Below are positions 16,215 to 24,816 of a stretch of DNA of 27,184 bases, piece by piece. This DNA comes from Candidatus Eiseniibacteriota bacterium (GTDB lineage: Bacteria; Eisenbacteria; RBG-16-71-46; DASYSL01), in contig JBKJJJ010000076.1 in assembly GCA_046598045.1 (NCBI GenBank), forward strand, positions 1 to 27,184, written 5' to 3'. The notes beneath the pieces were generated by a model. The model was not told the DNA's origin, did no database searches, and saw only the letters and a program-made list of their open reading frames with translations. Both the position numbers and the translations under genes were made by a program. Position 1 is the first letter of the stretch, and the number at the start of each line of letters is the position of its first letter.

Positions 16215-16244
16215 TTGACACCGTTTGCCCGGCTCGGCTAGATT
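16215..16244 (+). promoter_or_regulatory. sigma70 promoter of tRNA-Gly
   Basis: TTGACA (16215-16220), 18 bp, TAGATT (16239-16244), followed by a GC-rich discriminator (CCCCG). Confidence 0.7.
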
Positions 16245-16288
16245 CCCCGAGTCAGTTCTCTGCCGGACCCGGCGAGAGGCACGATTTT

Positions 16289-16365
16289 GCGGAAGTAGCT
16301 CAGCCCGGTAGAGCCCCACCTTGCCAAGGTGGTTGTCGCGGGTTCGAATCCCGTCTTCCGCTCCA
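16289..16365 (+). tRNA. tRNA-Gly (anticodon GCC), CCA end encoded
   Basis: Acceptor stem GCGGAAG/CTTCCGC, D-arm GCTC..GAGC, anticodon arm CCACC-TTGCCAA-GGTGG, T-loop TTCGAAT, 3' TCCA. Confidence 0.97.
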
Positions 16366-16370
16366 TGCTG

Positions 16371-16399
16371 CGGCCGGCCCGACCAAGGCCGGCCGTTTT
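16371..16399 (+). terminator. Intrinsic terminator after tRNA-Gly
   Basis: CGGCCGGCC (16371-16379)/GGCCGGCCG (16387-16395) stem followed by TTTT. Confidence 0.7.
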
Positions 16400-16425
16400 G
16401 CTTGGCCCCACCCCGAGCGCACGCC

Positions 16426-17655
16426 ATGAGCCCGACCTCATCCGATCTCGAAAGACTGCGCATCCAGCGCGCCGATGATTCCCCGAAGCCCGGCGCGCCC
16501 TCGCCCTTCGACGTGGGCGCGCCGGAGCGCCGGGTCGGGGGCCGCTCGCGGCGCGGGCTGTGGATCGGCCTGTTCGTGGTGCTGGCGGCACTCGCCGTCG
16601 GCTGGTTCCTCTTCGCGCCCCGCACGCCCGAGGTCCAGACCGCGCCCGTCGAGGTGGCCGGCGGCGTCTCGGGTTCGGGCGCGAGCGCGATCACGGCGAA
16701 CGGCTACGTGGTCGCGCGCACGAAGGCCTCGGTCGCGGCCAAGGTCGCCGGCCGGCTCGCCTACCTCGGGGTGTCGGAGGGCTCGCGCGTCACCAAGGGC
16801 CAGGTCATGGCGCGCATCGAGGGCGCGGACATCGCCGCCGCCTACGAGGCCGCGCGCGCGAGCGAGGGTGAGTCGCGCGCCACGCTCGCGCAGGCGCAGA
16901 GCGACCTGGCGCGCGCGATCGCGCTCGAGGGGCGCGGCGTGATCTCTCGGGTCGATCTCGAGAACGCGCGCACGCGCGTGGCGACGCTCGATGCGGCGTA
17001 CCGTTCGGCGCGGGCGCAGACCCGGCTCGCCGGCGCGAACCTCGAGAACACGAACGTGCGCGCACCGTTCGACGGCACGGTGCTGCGCAAGGACGCCGAG
17101 GTGGGGGAGATCGTCGCGCCCTCGTCCGCGGGCGGCGGGCTCACCCGCACCGCGATCGTGACCATGGCCGACCTCGGCACGCTCGAGGTCGAGGTCGACG
17201 TCAACGAGGCCTACATCGCGCGCGTCACCGGCAGCCAGCCCGCGCGCATCACGCTCGACGCCTACCCCGACACCAGCTTCGCCGGCCGGGTTCGCCAGGT
17301 CGTGCCCACCGCCGACCGCCAGAAGGCCACGGTGCTGGTCAAGGTGGCGATCGACGACAAGGACTCGCGGATCCTGCCCGAGATGGGGGCCCGCGTCGAC
17401 TTCGTGCCCGAAGGCCAGAGCGCGACCCAGGCCGCGGCCCCGCGGCAGGTTTTCGTGCCGAAAGCCGCGCTGGTCGGGACGGATCGCGTGTGGACCGTGG
17501 CCGACGGCAAGGCCCGGTTGCAATCGGTCACCACGGGGATGGAGGATGGCGCCCGCATTGAAGTGAAGAACGGCCTGACCGGAGACGAGATGGTGATCCT
17601 CTCGCCGCCGGCAGGTCTCAAGGACGGCGCGGCGGTCCGCGTCGCCAAAACCTAG
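16426..17655 (+). CDS. Periplasmic adaptor / membrane fusion protein (MacA/HlyD family, 409 aa)
   Basis: ATG 16426; single [19 protein letters not shown] lipoyl half-motif, helical hairpin, VRAPFDG.V and LEVEVDVNE. Confidence 0.9.
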   Translation: MSPTSSDLERLRIQRADDSPKPGAPSPFDVGAPERRVGGRSRRGLWIGLFVVLAALAVGWFLFAPRTPEVQTAPVEVAGGVSGSGASAITANGYVVARTKASVAAKVAGRLAYLGVSEGSRVTKGQVMARIEGADIAAAYEAARASEGESRATLAQAQSDLARAIALEGRGVISRVDLENARTRVATLDAAYRSARAQTRLAGANLENTNVRAPFDGTVLRKDAEVGEIVAPSSAGGGLTRTAIVTMADLGTLEVEVDVNEAYIARVTGSQPARITLDAYPDTSFAGRVRQVVPTADRQKATVLVKVAIDDKDSRILPEMGARVDFVPEGQSATQAAAPRQVFVPKAALVGTDRVWTVADGKARLQSVTTGMEDGARIEVKNGLTGDEMVILSPPAGLKDGAAVRVAKT

Positions 17656-17668
17656 GCGAGAGGGCTCC

Positions 17669-18352
17669 ATGGCGCAGATCGAGGTCAGGGACGTACGCAA
17701 GGTCTACCGGCGCGACAAGTTCGAGGTGCCGGTGCTCGACGGGCTCACGCTCGACGTCAACGCTGGTGACTTCATCGCCCTGATGGGGCCGTCGGGCTCG
17801 GGTAAGACCACGCTGCTCAACCTGATCGGCGGCATCGACCAGCCGACCTCGGGCACGATCACCGTCGAGGGCGTGAACACCGCCCAGCTCAAGACCCGCG
17901 AGCTTGCGAAGTGGCGCTCGCGCCACGTGGGCTTCATCTTCCAGCTCTACAACCTGATGCCGGTGCTCACCGCCGAGCAGAACGTCTCGCTGCCACTCCT
18001 GCTGGTCAAGGGCATGAGCGGCAAGGAACGCAAGGAGCGCGCGAAGCTCGCGCTCGACATCGTCGGCCTCGGCGGGCGGCTCGACCACTACCCGCGCCAG
18101 CTCTCGGGCGGGCAGGAGCAGCGCGTCGCGATCGCGCGCGCGATCGTGACCGACCCGACCCTCATCCTCGCCGACGAGCCGACGGGCGACCTCGACCGCA
18201 GCGCGGCCGACGAGATCCTGAGCCTGCTCGAGAAGCTCAATTCCGAGTTCAAGAAGACGATCGTGATGGTCACGCACGACCCGCACGCCGCCCAGAAGGC
18301 GCACCGGATGGTGCACCTCGAAAAGGGCGTCCTGTCGGCGAACGGGGTCTGA
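17669..18352 (+). CDS. ABC transporter ATP-binding protein (LolD/MacB type)
   Basis: [41 protein letters not shown] and VTHD. Confidence 0.95.
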   Translation: MAQIEVRDVRKVYRRDKFEVPVLDGLTLDVNAGDFIALMGPSGSGKTTLLNLIGGIDQPTSGTITVEGVNTAQLKTRELAKWRSRHVGFIFQLYNLMPVLTAEQNVSLPLLLVKGMSGKERKERAKLALDIVGLGGRLDHYPRQLSGGQEQRVAIARAIVTDPTLILADEPTGDLDRSAADEILSLLEKLNSEFKKTIVMVTHDPHAAQKAHRMVHLEKGVLSANGV

Positions 18353-18354
18353 CC

Positions 18355-19545
18355 ATGGCACTGCTCTCGCTGGTCTGGACGAACCTGATGCGCAACAAGC
18401 TGCGCACGATCCTGACCACGCTCTCCGTCTTCGTGGCGCTGTTCCTGTTCGTCATGCTGCACGGGATCACGGACACGCTCAGCGCGTCGACCAAGGTCGC
18501 GAGCGAGCGCCGGCTGGTCACGCGCAACAAGCTCTCGCTGGTGTTCCCGATCCCGATGTCCCACCTCGAGAAGATCCGCGCCACCCCGGGCGTGAATGCG
18601 ATCACGTGGTCGAACTGGTTCGGCGGGGAGGACCCGGTCCACCCGGAGAAGTTCTTCGCCAAGTTCGCGGTCGACTCGAAGACCTACTTCCCGGTCTACG
18701 CCTCCGACCTCGCGATCACCGAGGCCTCCCGCGCTCCCGAGGGCTCGCCTGTGCCTGCCGGCGTGGACCCCAAGCTCGCAGCCTACATGAACGAGCGCAC
18801 CGCCTGCGTCGTGGGCGAGGGGCTGCTGAAGAAGATGGGCTGGAAGCTCGGCCAGACGATCCACGTCAACGGCACGATCTACCCGGGCTCCTGGCCGTTC
18901 ACGATTCGCGCGATCTACCATCCGAAGGTCAAGGCGATCGATGCCGAGACCATGTTCTTCCACTGGGACTACCTCTACGAGAAGACGAACCACCAGGCGA
19001 TGGTGGGCATCTTCATCTTCTCGCTCGCGGATCCCTCCCAGGCCGCCGCGATCGGCAAGCGCGTCGACGCGACGTTCGAAAACTCCTCCTACGCCACCCA
19101 CACCGAGACCGAGCGAGCATTCCAGGCGGGCTTCGTCTCGATGTTCGGGAACATACCGTTCGTCATCATGGTGATCGGACTGGCGGTCGCGTTCTCGATC
19201 TTCCTCGTCGCGGCGGTCACCATGATGATGGCGATCCGCGAGCGCACGAACGAGTTCGCCGTGCTCAAGACGCTCGGGTTCGAGGACGGGGCGCTGTTCG
19301 GCATGGTGCTGGCGGAGGCCGCCGTGATCACGCTCACGGGGGGGATCGCGGGCTGCCTCGTGGCCAAGTTCCTGCTCGAGAGCACGGGACTCGGGGTCCC
19401 GCCGTTCCAGGTCATGATCGTGCAGTGGGAGACCGTCGCGCTCGGCGTCGGCGTCGCCGCCGCGATGGGCGCGGTGTCGGGGCTGCTCCCCGCGTGGCAG
19501 GCATCGCGCCTCAAGATCGTCGACGCGCTCCGGAAGGTGGGCTGA
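18355..19545 (+). CDS. ABC transporter permease, MacB/FtsX family (396 aa)
   Basis: NL.RNKLRT.LT N-terminus, TM1 plus large periplasmic domain, IRERTNEFAVLKTLGF and PAWQASRL.IVDALR. Confidence 0.92.
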   Translation: MALLSLVWTNLMRNKLRTILTTLSVFVALFLFVMLHGITDTLSASTKVASERRLVTRNKLSLVFPIPMSHLEKIRATPGVNAITWSNWFGGEDPVHPEKFFAKFAVDSKTYFPVYASDLAITEASRAPEGSPVPAGVDPKLAAYMNERTACVVGEGLLKKMGWKLGQTIHVNGTIYPGSWPFTIRAIYHPKVKAIDAETMFFHWDYLYEKTNHQAMVGIFIFSLADPSQAAAIGKRVDATFENSSYATHTETERAFQAGFVSMFGNIPFVIMVIGLAVAFSIFLVAAVTMMMAIRERTNEFAVLKTLGFEDGALFGMVLAEAAVITLTGGIAGCLVAKFLLESTGLGVPPFQVMIVQWETVALGVGVAAAMGAVSGLLPAWQASRLKIVDALRKVG

Positions 19546-19547
19546 CC

Positions 19548-20714
19548 ATGGCGATTCCCTTTTCCTACAACGTCCGCAGCGTGATCGGCCGGCCCTGGTC
19601 GACGCTCGCAACCGCGCTCGGCATCGGCCTCGTGGTCGCGATCCTCGTGCTCGCGCTCGCGCTGGCGAACGGATTTCAGGCGGCGCTGGTCGCGACCGGC
19701 TCGCCCAACAACGTGATCGTCCTGCGCACGGGCGCGGACAGCGAACTCTCATCGGGTGTCAGTCGCGAGGCGGCGAACATCATCAAGAGCCTGCCCGATG
19801 TCGCGATCGGGACCGACGGCCGGCCGCTGGTCAGCCCCGAAGTCCTGGTGCTGATCAACCAGGAGCGCAAGAACGGGATGGGCACCTCGAACGTGACGAT
19901 CCGCGGCGTCGACCGCGAGGGCCGCGCGCTGCGCGAGTCGCTCAAGATCGTTGCGGGGCGCGACGTCGCACCGGGCGCGGCCGAGGTGCTGGTCGGCAAG
20001 CGCATCGCCGACCGCTTCCAGGGGTTCGGCTTGGGTGACCGGGTGCGCCTGAGCCAGCGCGACTTCGTCGTGGTGGGGCACTTCACCGCGGGCGGCAGCG
20101 GTTTCGAGTCCGAGGTCTGGGGCGACAACGCCGTGCTCATGCCGGTGCTGCGCGGGGACGTGTTCCAGAGCGTGACGTTTCGCATGAAGGACCCGTCGCG
20201 CTTCGCGGCGATCAAGAAGGAGATCGAGGCCGACCGCCGGCTCACGGCGCTGGTCAAGCGCGAGAGCGAGTACTACGAGGGGCTTTCGGGCACGCTCGCG
20301 GCGAGCATGCGCGTGGCGGGCTTCCTGATCGTGCTGATCATGGCGGTGGGCGCGATCTTCGCGGCCATGAACACGATGTTCGCCTCGATCGGATCGCGTT
20401 CGCGCGAGATCGCGACCATGCTCACGCTCGGCTTCGCGCCGGGAGCACTGATGATGGCGTTCCTCGTCGAGTCGATGCTGATCGCGCTCGTCGGCGGCAT
20501 CATCGGATGCCTGCTCGCGCTGCCGATCAATGGAACCGCGACCAGCACGACGAACTTCTCGACGTTCAGCGAGATCGCGTTCGCGTTCCAGATCACGCCC
20601 GTGATCCTCGCGGTCGGGATGATGTTCGCGCTCTTGCTCGGGTTCGTGGGCGGGTTGCTGCCGGCGTGGAAGGCATCGCGCCAGCCGCTGGCGGCGGCAA
20701 TGCGCGCGATGTAG
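19548..20714 (+). CDS. ABC transporter permease, MacB/FtsX family (388 aa)
   Basis: Same topology; NTMFASI.SRSREIATMLTLGF and GGLLPAWKASR. Confidence 0.92.
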   Translation: MAIPFSYNVRSVIGRPWSTLATALGIGLVVAILVLALALANGFQAALVATGSPNNVIVLRTGADSELSSGVSREAANIIKSLPDVAIGTDGRPLVSPEVLVLINQERKNGMGTSNVTIRGVDREGRALRESLKIVAGRDVAPGAAEVLVGKRIADRFQGFGLGDRVRLSQRDFVVVGHFTAGGSGFESEVWGDNAVLMPVLRGDVFQSVTFRMKDPSRFAAIKKEIEADRRLTALVKRESEYYEGLSGTLAASMRVAGFLIVLIMAVGAIFAAMNTMFASIGSRSREIATMLTLGFAPGALMMAFLVESMLIALVGGIIGCLLALPINGTATSTTNFSTFSEIAFAFQITPVILAVGMMFALLLGFVGGLLPAWKASRQPLAAAMRAM

Positions 20715-22193
20715 CTACCGCGCGGGCACGAACCTCTCGGCCGCGAACGCGCGCAAGGACTCGATCTCCTCGCGCCGGGAGCGCGAGAGCGGGATGGTCG
20801 CATTGAGCTCGCCAAGCACGCGCTCGGTGGTGAGCGTGTCCCCGTGCTGCGCGATCATGCCGTAGAGCGCGGTCACGATCGCCTGCTCGATCTCGGCGCC
20901 GCTGAAGCCGTCCGCCGCACTCGCAAGCGCCCCAAGGTCGAACGCGGCCGGGTCCTGCTTGCGCCGGCGCAAGTGCAGCTCGAAGATCGCGCGCCGCTCG
21001 TCCTCGTTCGGCAGGTCCACGAAGAACACCTCGTCGAAGCGGCCCTTGCGGAGCAACTCGGGCGGCACGGCCGACAGGTCGTTCGCAGTCGCGGCCACGA
21101 ACACGCCGGGTTGCTTCTCCTGGAGCCACGTCAGGAACGCGCCGAACAGCCGCCGCGACAGCCCGGCGTCCGCGTCGCCGCTGCCCGATCCGCTGGCGAA
21201 CGCCTTCTCGATCTCGTCGATCCAGAGCACCACGGGCGCGACCGCCTCGGCGGTCTCGAACGCCTTGCGCAGGTTCTTCTCGGACTCGCCCACGTACTTG
21301 TCGAACAGTCTCCCCGCGTCGAGCCGCAGGAGCGGCAGACCCCACTGGCGTGCGACCGCGCGACAGGCGAGGCTTTTGCCGCAGCCCTGGACGCCGATCA
21401 GCAGGATGCCGCGCGGCGGGGCGAGGCCGAGTTCGCGGGCGCGCTCGGAGTAACCGGCCTGGGCGCGCGTCAACCAGCCCTTGAGATTCGCGAGCCCGCC
21501 GAGCTCGACCGCGTCCTGCTTCGGGTCTTCGAACTCGAGCACGCCGGAGTCCTCGACGCGGTCCTTCTTGGCTTCGAGTGCGATCGCGAGGTCCCGAATG
21601 TCGAGCGCGCCGTCGTCCAGCACGCAGCGCGCCACCACGCGCCGGGCTTCGGGTGCGCTCAGCCCGGCGAGCTGGCCGACGAAACGATCGAGATCCTCGC
21701 GCGACAGCTGGTAGTGGTAGGCATGGCCCCGGTTCAGTTCGTTGAAGGTCGCGAGCACGAGCGCGGACATCTCCTCGCGCGGCGGCAGCTCGAGCGTCCA
21801 GCGCGCGGCGAGTGGGCGCAGCTCCGCGGGCAGCTCGATCGAGGGGCCGGAGAGCACGATCGTCGCGCGCTTGGCGTCGGCGGACTGCGCGACCTCCCGC
21901 AGCCGGCGGACGAGCCGCGCGTCCGTGAGATAGGGGGCGAGGTCGCAGAACGCGTACACCGCGGGCATGGCCGCGGCCTCGATGTGCGCAAGCGCCTTTG
22001 CGGGGTCGGCGGTTTCGTAGACGGGGCTGGCGGCGCCGAGGCGCTTGATGCCCTCGGTCACGGTCCACGAGAACAGTGGCAGCCCGAGCGTGGCACACGA
22101 GTCGGAGAGATGGGCAAAGAGCCGCTGTTCGTCGGCAGATTCGACGACGACGAGAGGGTGGCGCGACTGGATCAGCAGGGTGAGTTCGTCCAT
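20715..22193 (-). CDS. AAA+ ATPase, Ycf46-like (492 aa)
   Basis: GGAG SD before ATG 22193. N-terminal degenerate domain (LIQSRHPLVVVES.DEQR, WTVTEG); Walker A GVQGCGKS, Walker B VLWIDEIEK, ATAN and PELLRKGRFDE.FFVDLP. Confidence 0.9.
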   Translation of the reverse strand: MDELTLLIQSRHPLVVVESADEQRLFAHLSDSCATLGLPLFSWTVTEGIKRLGAASPVYETADPAKALAHIEAAAMPAVYAFCDLAPYLTDARLVRRLREVAQSADAKRATIVLSGPSIELPAELRPLAARWTLELPPREEMSALVLATFNELNRGHAYHYQLSREDLDRFVGQLAGLSAPEARRVVARCVLDDGALDIRDLAIALEAKKDRVEDSGVLEFEDPKQDAVELGGLANLKGWLTRAQAGYSERARELGLAPPRGILLIGVQGCGKSLACRAVARQWGLPLLRLDAGRLFDKYVGESEKNLRKAFETAEAVAPVVLWIDEIEKAFASGSGSGDADAGLSRRLFGAFLTWLQEKQPGVFVAATANDLSAVPPELLRKGRFDEVFFVDLPNEDERRAIFELHLRRRKQDPAAFDLGALASAADGFSGAEIEQAIVTALYGMIAQHGDTLTTERVLGELNATIPLSRSRREEIESLRAFAAERFVPAR

Positions 22194-22286
22194 GGACACT
22201 CCATCGGAGCCGACCCCATTGTTTTCGGACGATTCGCAGCGCTCCTTGATGGGAGAATCGGGGCCCTCCGACCCTCCCCGCCCGTG

Positions 22287-23801
22287 CTATTCGACCGGCG
22301 GCAGCCGGAGGCCGCGCGGCACGACCCAGTGCCCGAGCCCGTCGAACGCCCACGACACCAGGAGCGCTAGCGCGGCCGCCGGCACCGCGCCCTGCGCGAT
22401 CAGCGCGGGGTCGCGCAACTGGATGCCCGAGAGGATCGGCTCCCCGAGGCCGCCCGCGCCGATGAGCGCGGCGATGGTCGCGGTGCCGACCGTGATCACC
22501 GCGCTGGTCTGGATGCCCGCGAGGATCGTCGGCGAGGCGAGCGGCAGCGCGACGCGCAAGAGGCGCGCACGCGGTGAAAGGCCCATCGCCTCGGCCGCCT
22601 CGGAGAGCGCGCGGGGCAGCGTGGTCAGGCCGACATAGGTGTTGCGCACGATCGGCAGGAGGCCGTAGACGAACAACGCGATCAGCGTCGGGCCGGTGCC
22701 GATGCCGACGAGCGGGATCAGGAATGCGAGCAGCGCAAGCGAGGGCACGGTTTGGACGAGGCTCGCGGCACCGAGCGCGAGCCGCGCCAGCAGCCGCGAC
22801 CGCGTCGCGAGCACGCCCAGCGGCAGCCCGACCGCGATCGAGAACAAGAGGCCCCACGCCACGAGCTTCACGTGTTCCAGCGTGCGGCGGGCGATCGTCG
22901 AAAGGACACCCGCCCGGGCGCGCGGGGCGGCGCCCGCCGCCCCGGCCTGCCCGAGCGCGGCGTCGAGCAGCGAGTCCGAGGCCTCGGCGAACGGGCGCTT
23001 CTCGAGCGCGACCGCGCGGTTGGCGGCGATCATGCGCGCCTCGTCCACGCGGCCTTCGAGGCGCGCCCACGCGGCGACCACCGCGGGCGCGCGCTGCGCG
23101 AGGTCCGCGCGGTAGAGCACGACCGCGTCGTAGCGCGGGAAGAACGCGCGGTCGTCGGTGAGCACGACGAGGTCGAGCGCCGCGATCTGGGCGTCGGTCG
23201 TGTACACGTCGGTGGCGTCGATCGCGCCCTTCGCGAGCGCGTCCCACGCCAGCTCGTGCTGGATGCCGCGCACGTCCTTCGGCGCAAGTCCATAGGCGCG
23301 CGCGAGCCCGGGCCAGCCGTCGGCGCGCCCGAGAAACTCGTGGGTCATGCCGAAGCGCACCTCGGGATGCCCTGCGAGATCGGAGAGGGTCTTCACAGAG
23401 AGGCGCGCCGCGGTCGCGCGCGCGATCGCGATCCCGTACCCGTCGTTGAAGCCGAGCGGCGGCCCGACCGCGATGCCGAGCGGCGCGAGCCCCGCGCGCA
23501 GAGAGTCGAGAGACGGGTGATCGGTGCGGTGGAGCAAAACCTCGGCGATCGTGCCCGTGTACTCGGGGTAGGCGTCGATCGCGCCCGAGCGCAGCGCCTG
23601 GTAGACGATCTCGGTGCCGCCGAGGTTCGAGCGGTGCTCGATCGGCGACGCGCCGGCCTGGCGGGCGAGCGTCGTGAGCGCCTCGCCGAGGATCCACGAC
23701 TCGGGGAACGCCTTGCTCCCGACCGTGACCTTGGGCGGGGCGGCCGCCTGCGCGAGACCCGCGACTCCGAGCATTGTCAGCGCGAGGAGCGCGCGCCTCA
23801 C
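22287..23801 (-). CDS. Betaine/quaternary-amine-type ABC importer: fused substrate-binding domain plus permease (OpuAC/OsmF family; candidate ergothioneine/hercynine transporter)
   Basis: Signal peptide (..LAQA). SBD motifs VGSKAF.ES.ILGE, YPEYTGT, EFLGRADG, DVYTTD and FFPRYDA; then permease motifs QTVPSLALLA, YGLLPIVRNT and EAAEAMG. Confidence 0.9.
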   Translation of the reverse strand: MRRALLALTMLGVAGLAQAAAPPKVTVGSKAFPESWILGEALTTLARQAGASPIEHRSNLGGTEIVYQALRSGAIDAYPEYTGTIAEVLLHRTDHPSLDSLRAGLAPLGIAVGPPLGFNDGYGIAIARATAARLSVKTLSDLAGHPEVRFGMTHEFLGRADGWPGLARAYGLAPKDVRGIQHELAWDALAKGAIDATDVYTTDAQIAALDLVVLTDDRAFFPRYDAVVLYRADLAQRAPAVVAAWARLEGRVDEARMIAANRAVALEKRPFAEASDSLLDAALGQAGAAGAAPRARAGVLSTIARRTLEHVKLVAWGLLFSIAVGLPLGVLATRSRLLARLALGAASLVQTVPSLALLAFLIPLVGIGTGPTLIALFVYGLLPIVRNTYVGLTTLPRALSEAAEAMGLSPRARLLRVALPLASPTILAGIQTSAVITVGTATIAALIGAGGLGEPILSGIQLRDPALIAQGAVPAAALALLVSWAFDGLGHWVVPRGLRLPPVE

Positions 23802-24544
23802 GACGCGCCCCCGGCGAACGCACCCACGCGCTGGGCACGCACGAACTCGGTGACGAACGGCTCGGCCGGGCGTTCGGCGAGGTCGCGGGCGGTGCCGCGC
23901 TGGACGATGCGCCCCGCGCGCAGGAGGACCACCTCGTCCGCGAGGAACGCGGCCTCGGCGAGGTCGTGGGTGACGAACAGCACGGTCTTCTGGAGCTGCC
24001 GGAACAGGCCGCCCAATTCATCCTGCAGGTTCGCGCGAATCATGGGATCAAGCGCGCCCAAAGGCTCATCCAAGAGCAGCACCTCGGGGTCGAGCACGAG
24101 CGCCCGCATGAGTGCGACGCGCTGGCGCTGGCCGCCCGAGAGTTGGGCCGGATAGCGCGCGAGCAGATCGGCTGGCAGGTGGGCGAGCCGCGCCAGCTCC
24201 GCGACGCGAGTTGCGGTGCGATCCGCCGTCCAGCCCTGGTCGCGCGCGATCAGCGCCACGTTCCCGGCGGCGGTGAGGTGCGGGAAGAGAGCGCCCTCCT
24301 GGATCACGTAGCCCATGCGCAGGCGCAACGCGTCGCGCGTGGCGGGCGTGACCGGCGTGCCGAACGCCTCGATCGTGCCCGCATCGGGCGTGAGGAGTCC
24401 GACCACGAGGCGTAGCAGCGTGGACTTGCCGCAGCCGCTCGGGCCGAGGAGCGCGAGCGTCTTGTGGGGCGGGACGAGCAGGTCGATCGGGCCGAGCGCG
24501 GCCTGGCCGCCGAACGTGCGCGTGACGCCCTTGAGTTCGATCAC
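23798..24544 (-). CDS. ABC importer ATP-binding subunit (OpuA/ProV-like, no CBS domains; 248 aa)
   Basis: GPSGCGKST, MGYVIQEGALFPHLT, LSGGQRQRV, LLDEPLGALDP and FVTHD; GTGA overlap with the permease. Confidence 0.93.
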   Translation of the reverse strand: MIELKGVTRTFGGQAALGPIDLLVPPHKTLALLGPSGCGKSTLLRLVVGLLTPDAGTIEAFGTPVTPATRDALRLRMGYVIQEGALFPHLTAAGNVALIARDQGWTADRTATRVAELARLAHLPADLLARYPAQLSGGQRQRVALMRALVLDPEVLLLDEPLGALDPMIRANLQDELGGLFRQLQKTVLFVTHDLAEAAFLADEVVLLRAGRIVQRGTARDLAERPAEPFVTEFVRAQRVGAFAGGAS

Positions 24545-24816
24545 CGTGGGTCGTGCCTCGAAGATTGCATGGGGCTCCCTGGGCCGGTCGGGGCGGCAGC
24601 CGATGAGACCGTAACTCGTTTATTTGCAACAGAGGCTTGACCGGCGCATGGTACCCGAGGAATCGAAATCGCGGCATCTGCATTTTCAGGGGCACAACCG
24701 TCCCAGCGGGGCCTAGGCTTACGTATCGGCTGCGGAGACCGACGCCTTCCGGGAACCCACAACCCCGACCGAGCATTCCGGGGAATGTCGGACCCAAAGT
24801 GACCCAGGGAGGAGCC

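Noticed and set aside
16321..16425. N-terminal extension of the adaptor ORF (and other upstream-extended starts in the ORF track)
   Set aside because: It overlaps the tRNA and terminator; downstream starts fit the overlaps, SD sequences and domain boundaries better.
22194..22256. Canonical SAH riboswitch
   Set aside because: Only the GGAGCGCUGC core is present; CCAGG and the complementary pseudoknot strand are missing, and the downstream gene is not an SAH-recycling gene. Kept only as a hairpin finding.
20593..24021. Long alternative-frame and antisense ORFs (1142 aa here; also 7896..10223, 13699..16218 and 24541..27123)
   Set aside because: Arg/Ala/Pro-rich, motif-free shadows of real genes, as expected at high GC.
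24637..24665. TTGACC as the egtB -35 element
   Set aside because: No credible -10 hexamer at 16-18 bp spacing.
24690..24765. SAM-I/SAM-IV riboswitch before egtBD
   Set aside because: CCAGCG..GGCTT and CAACC fragments are present, but the required core and stems could not be built.
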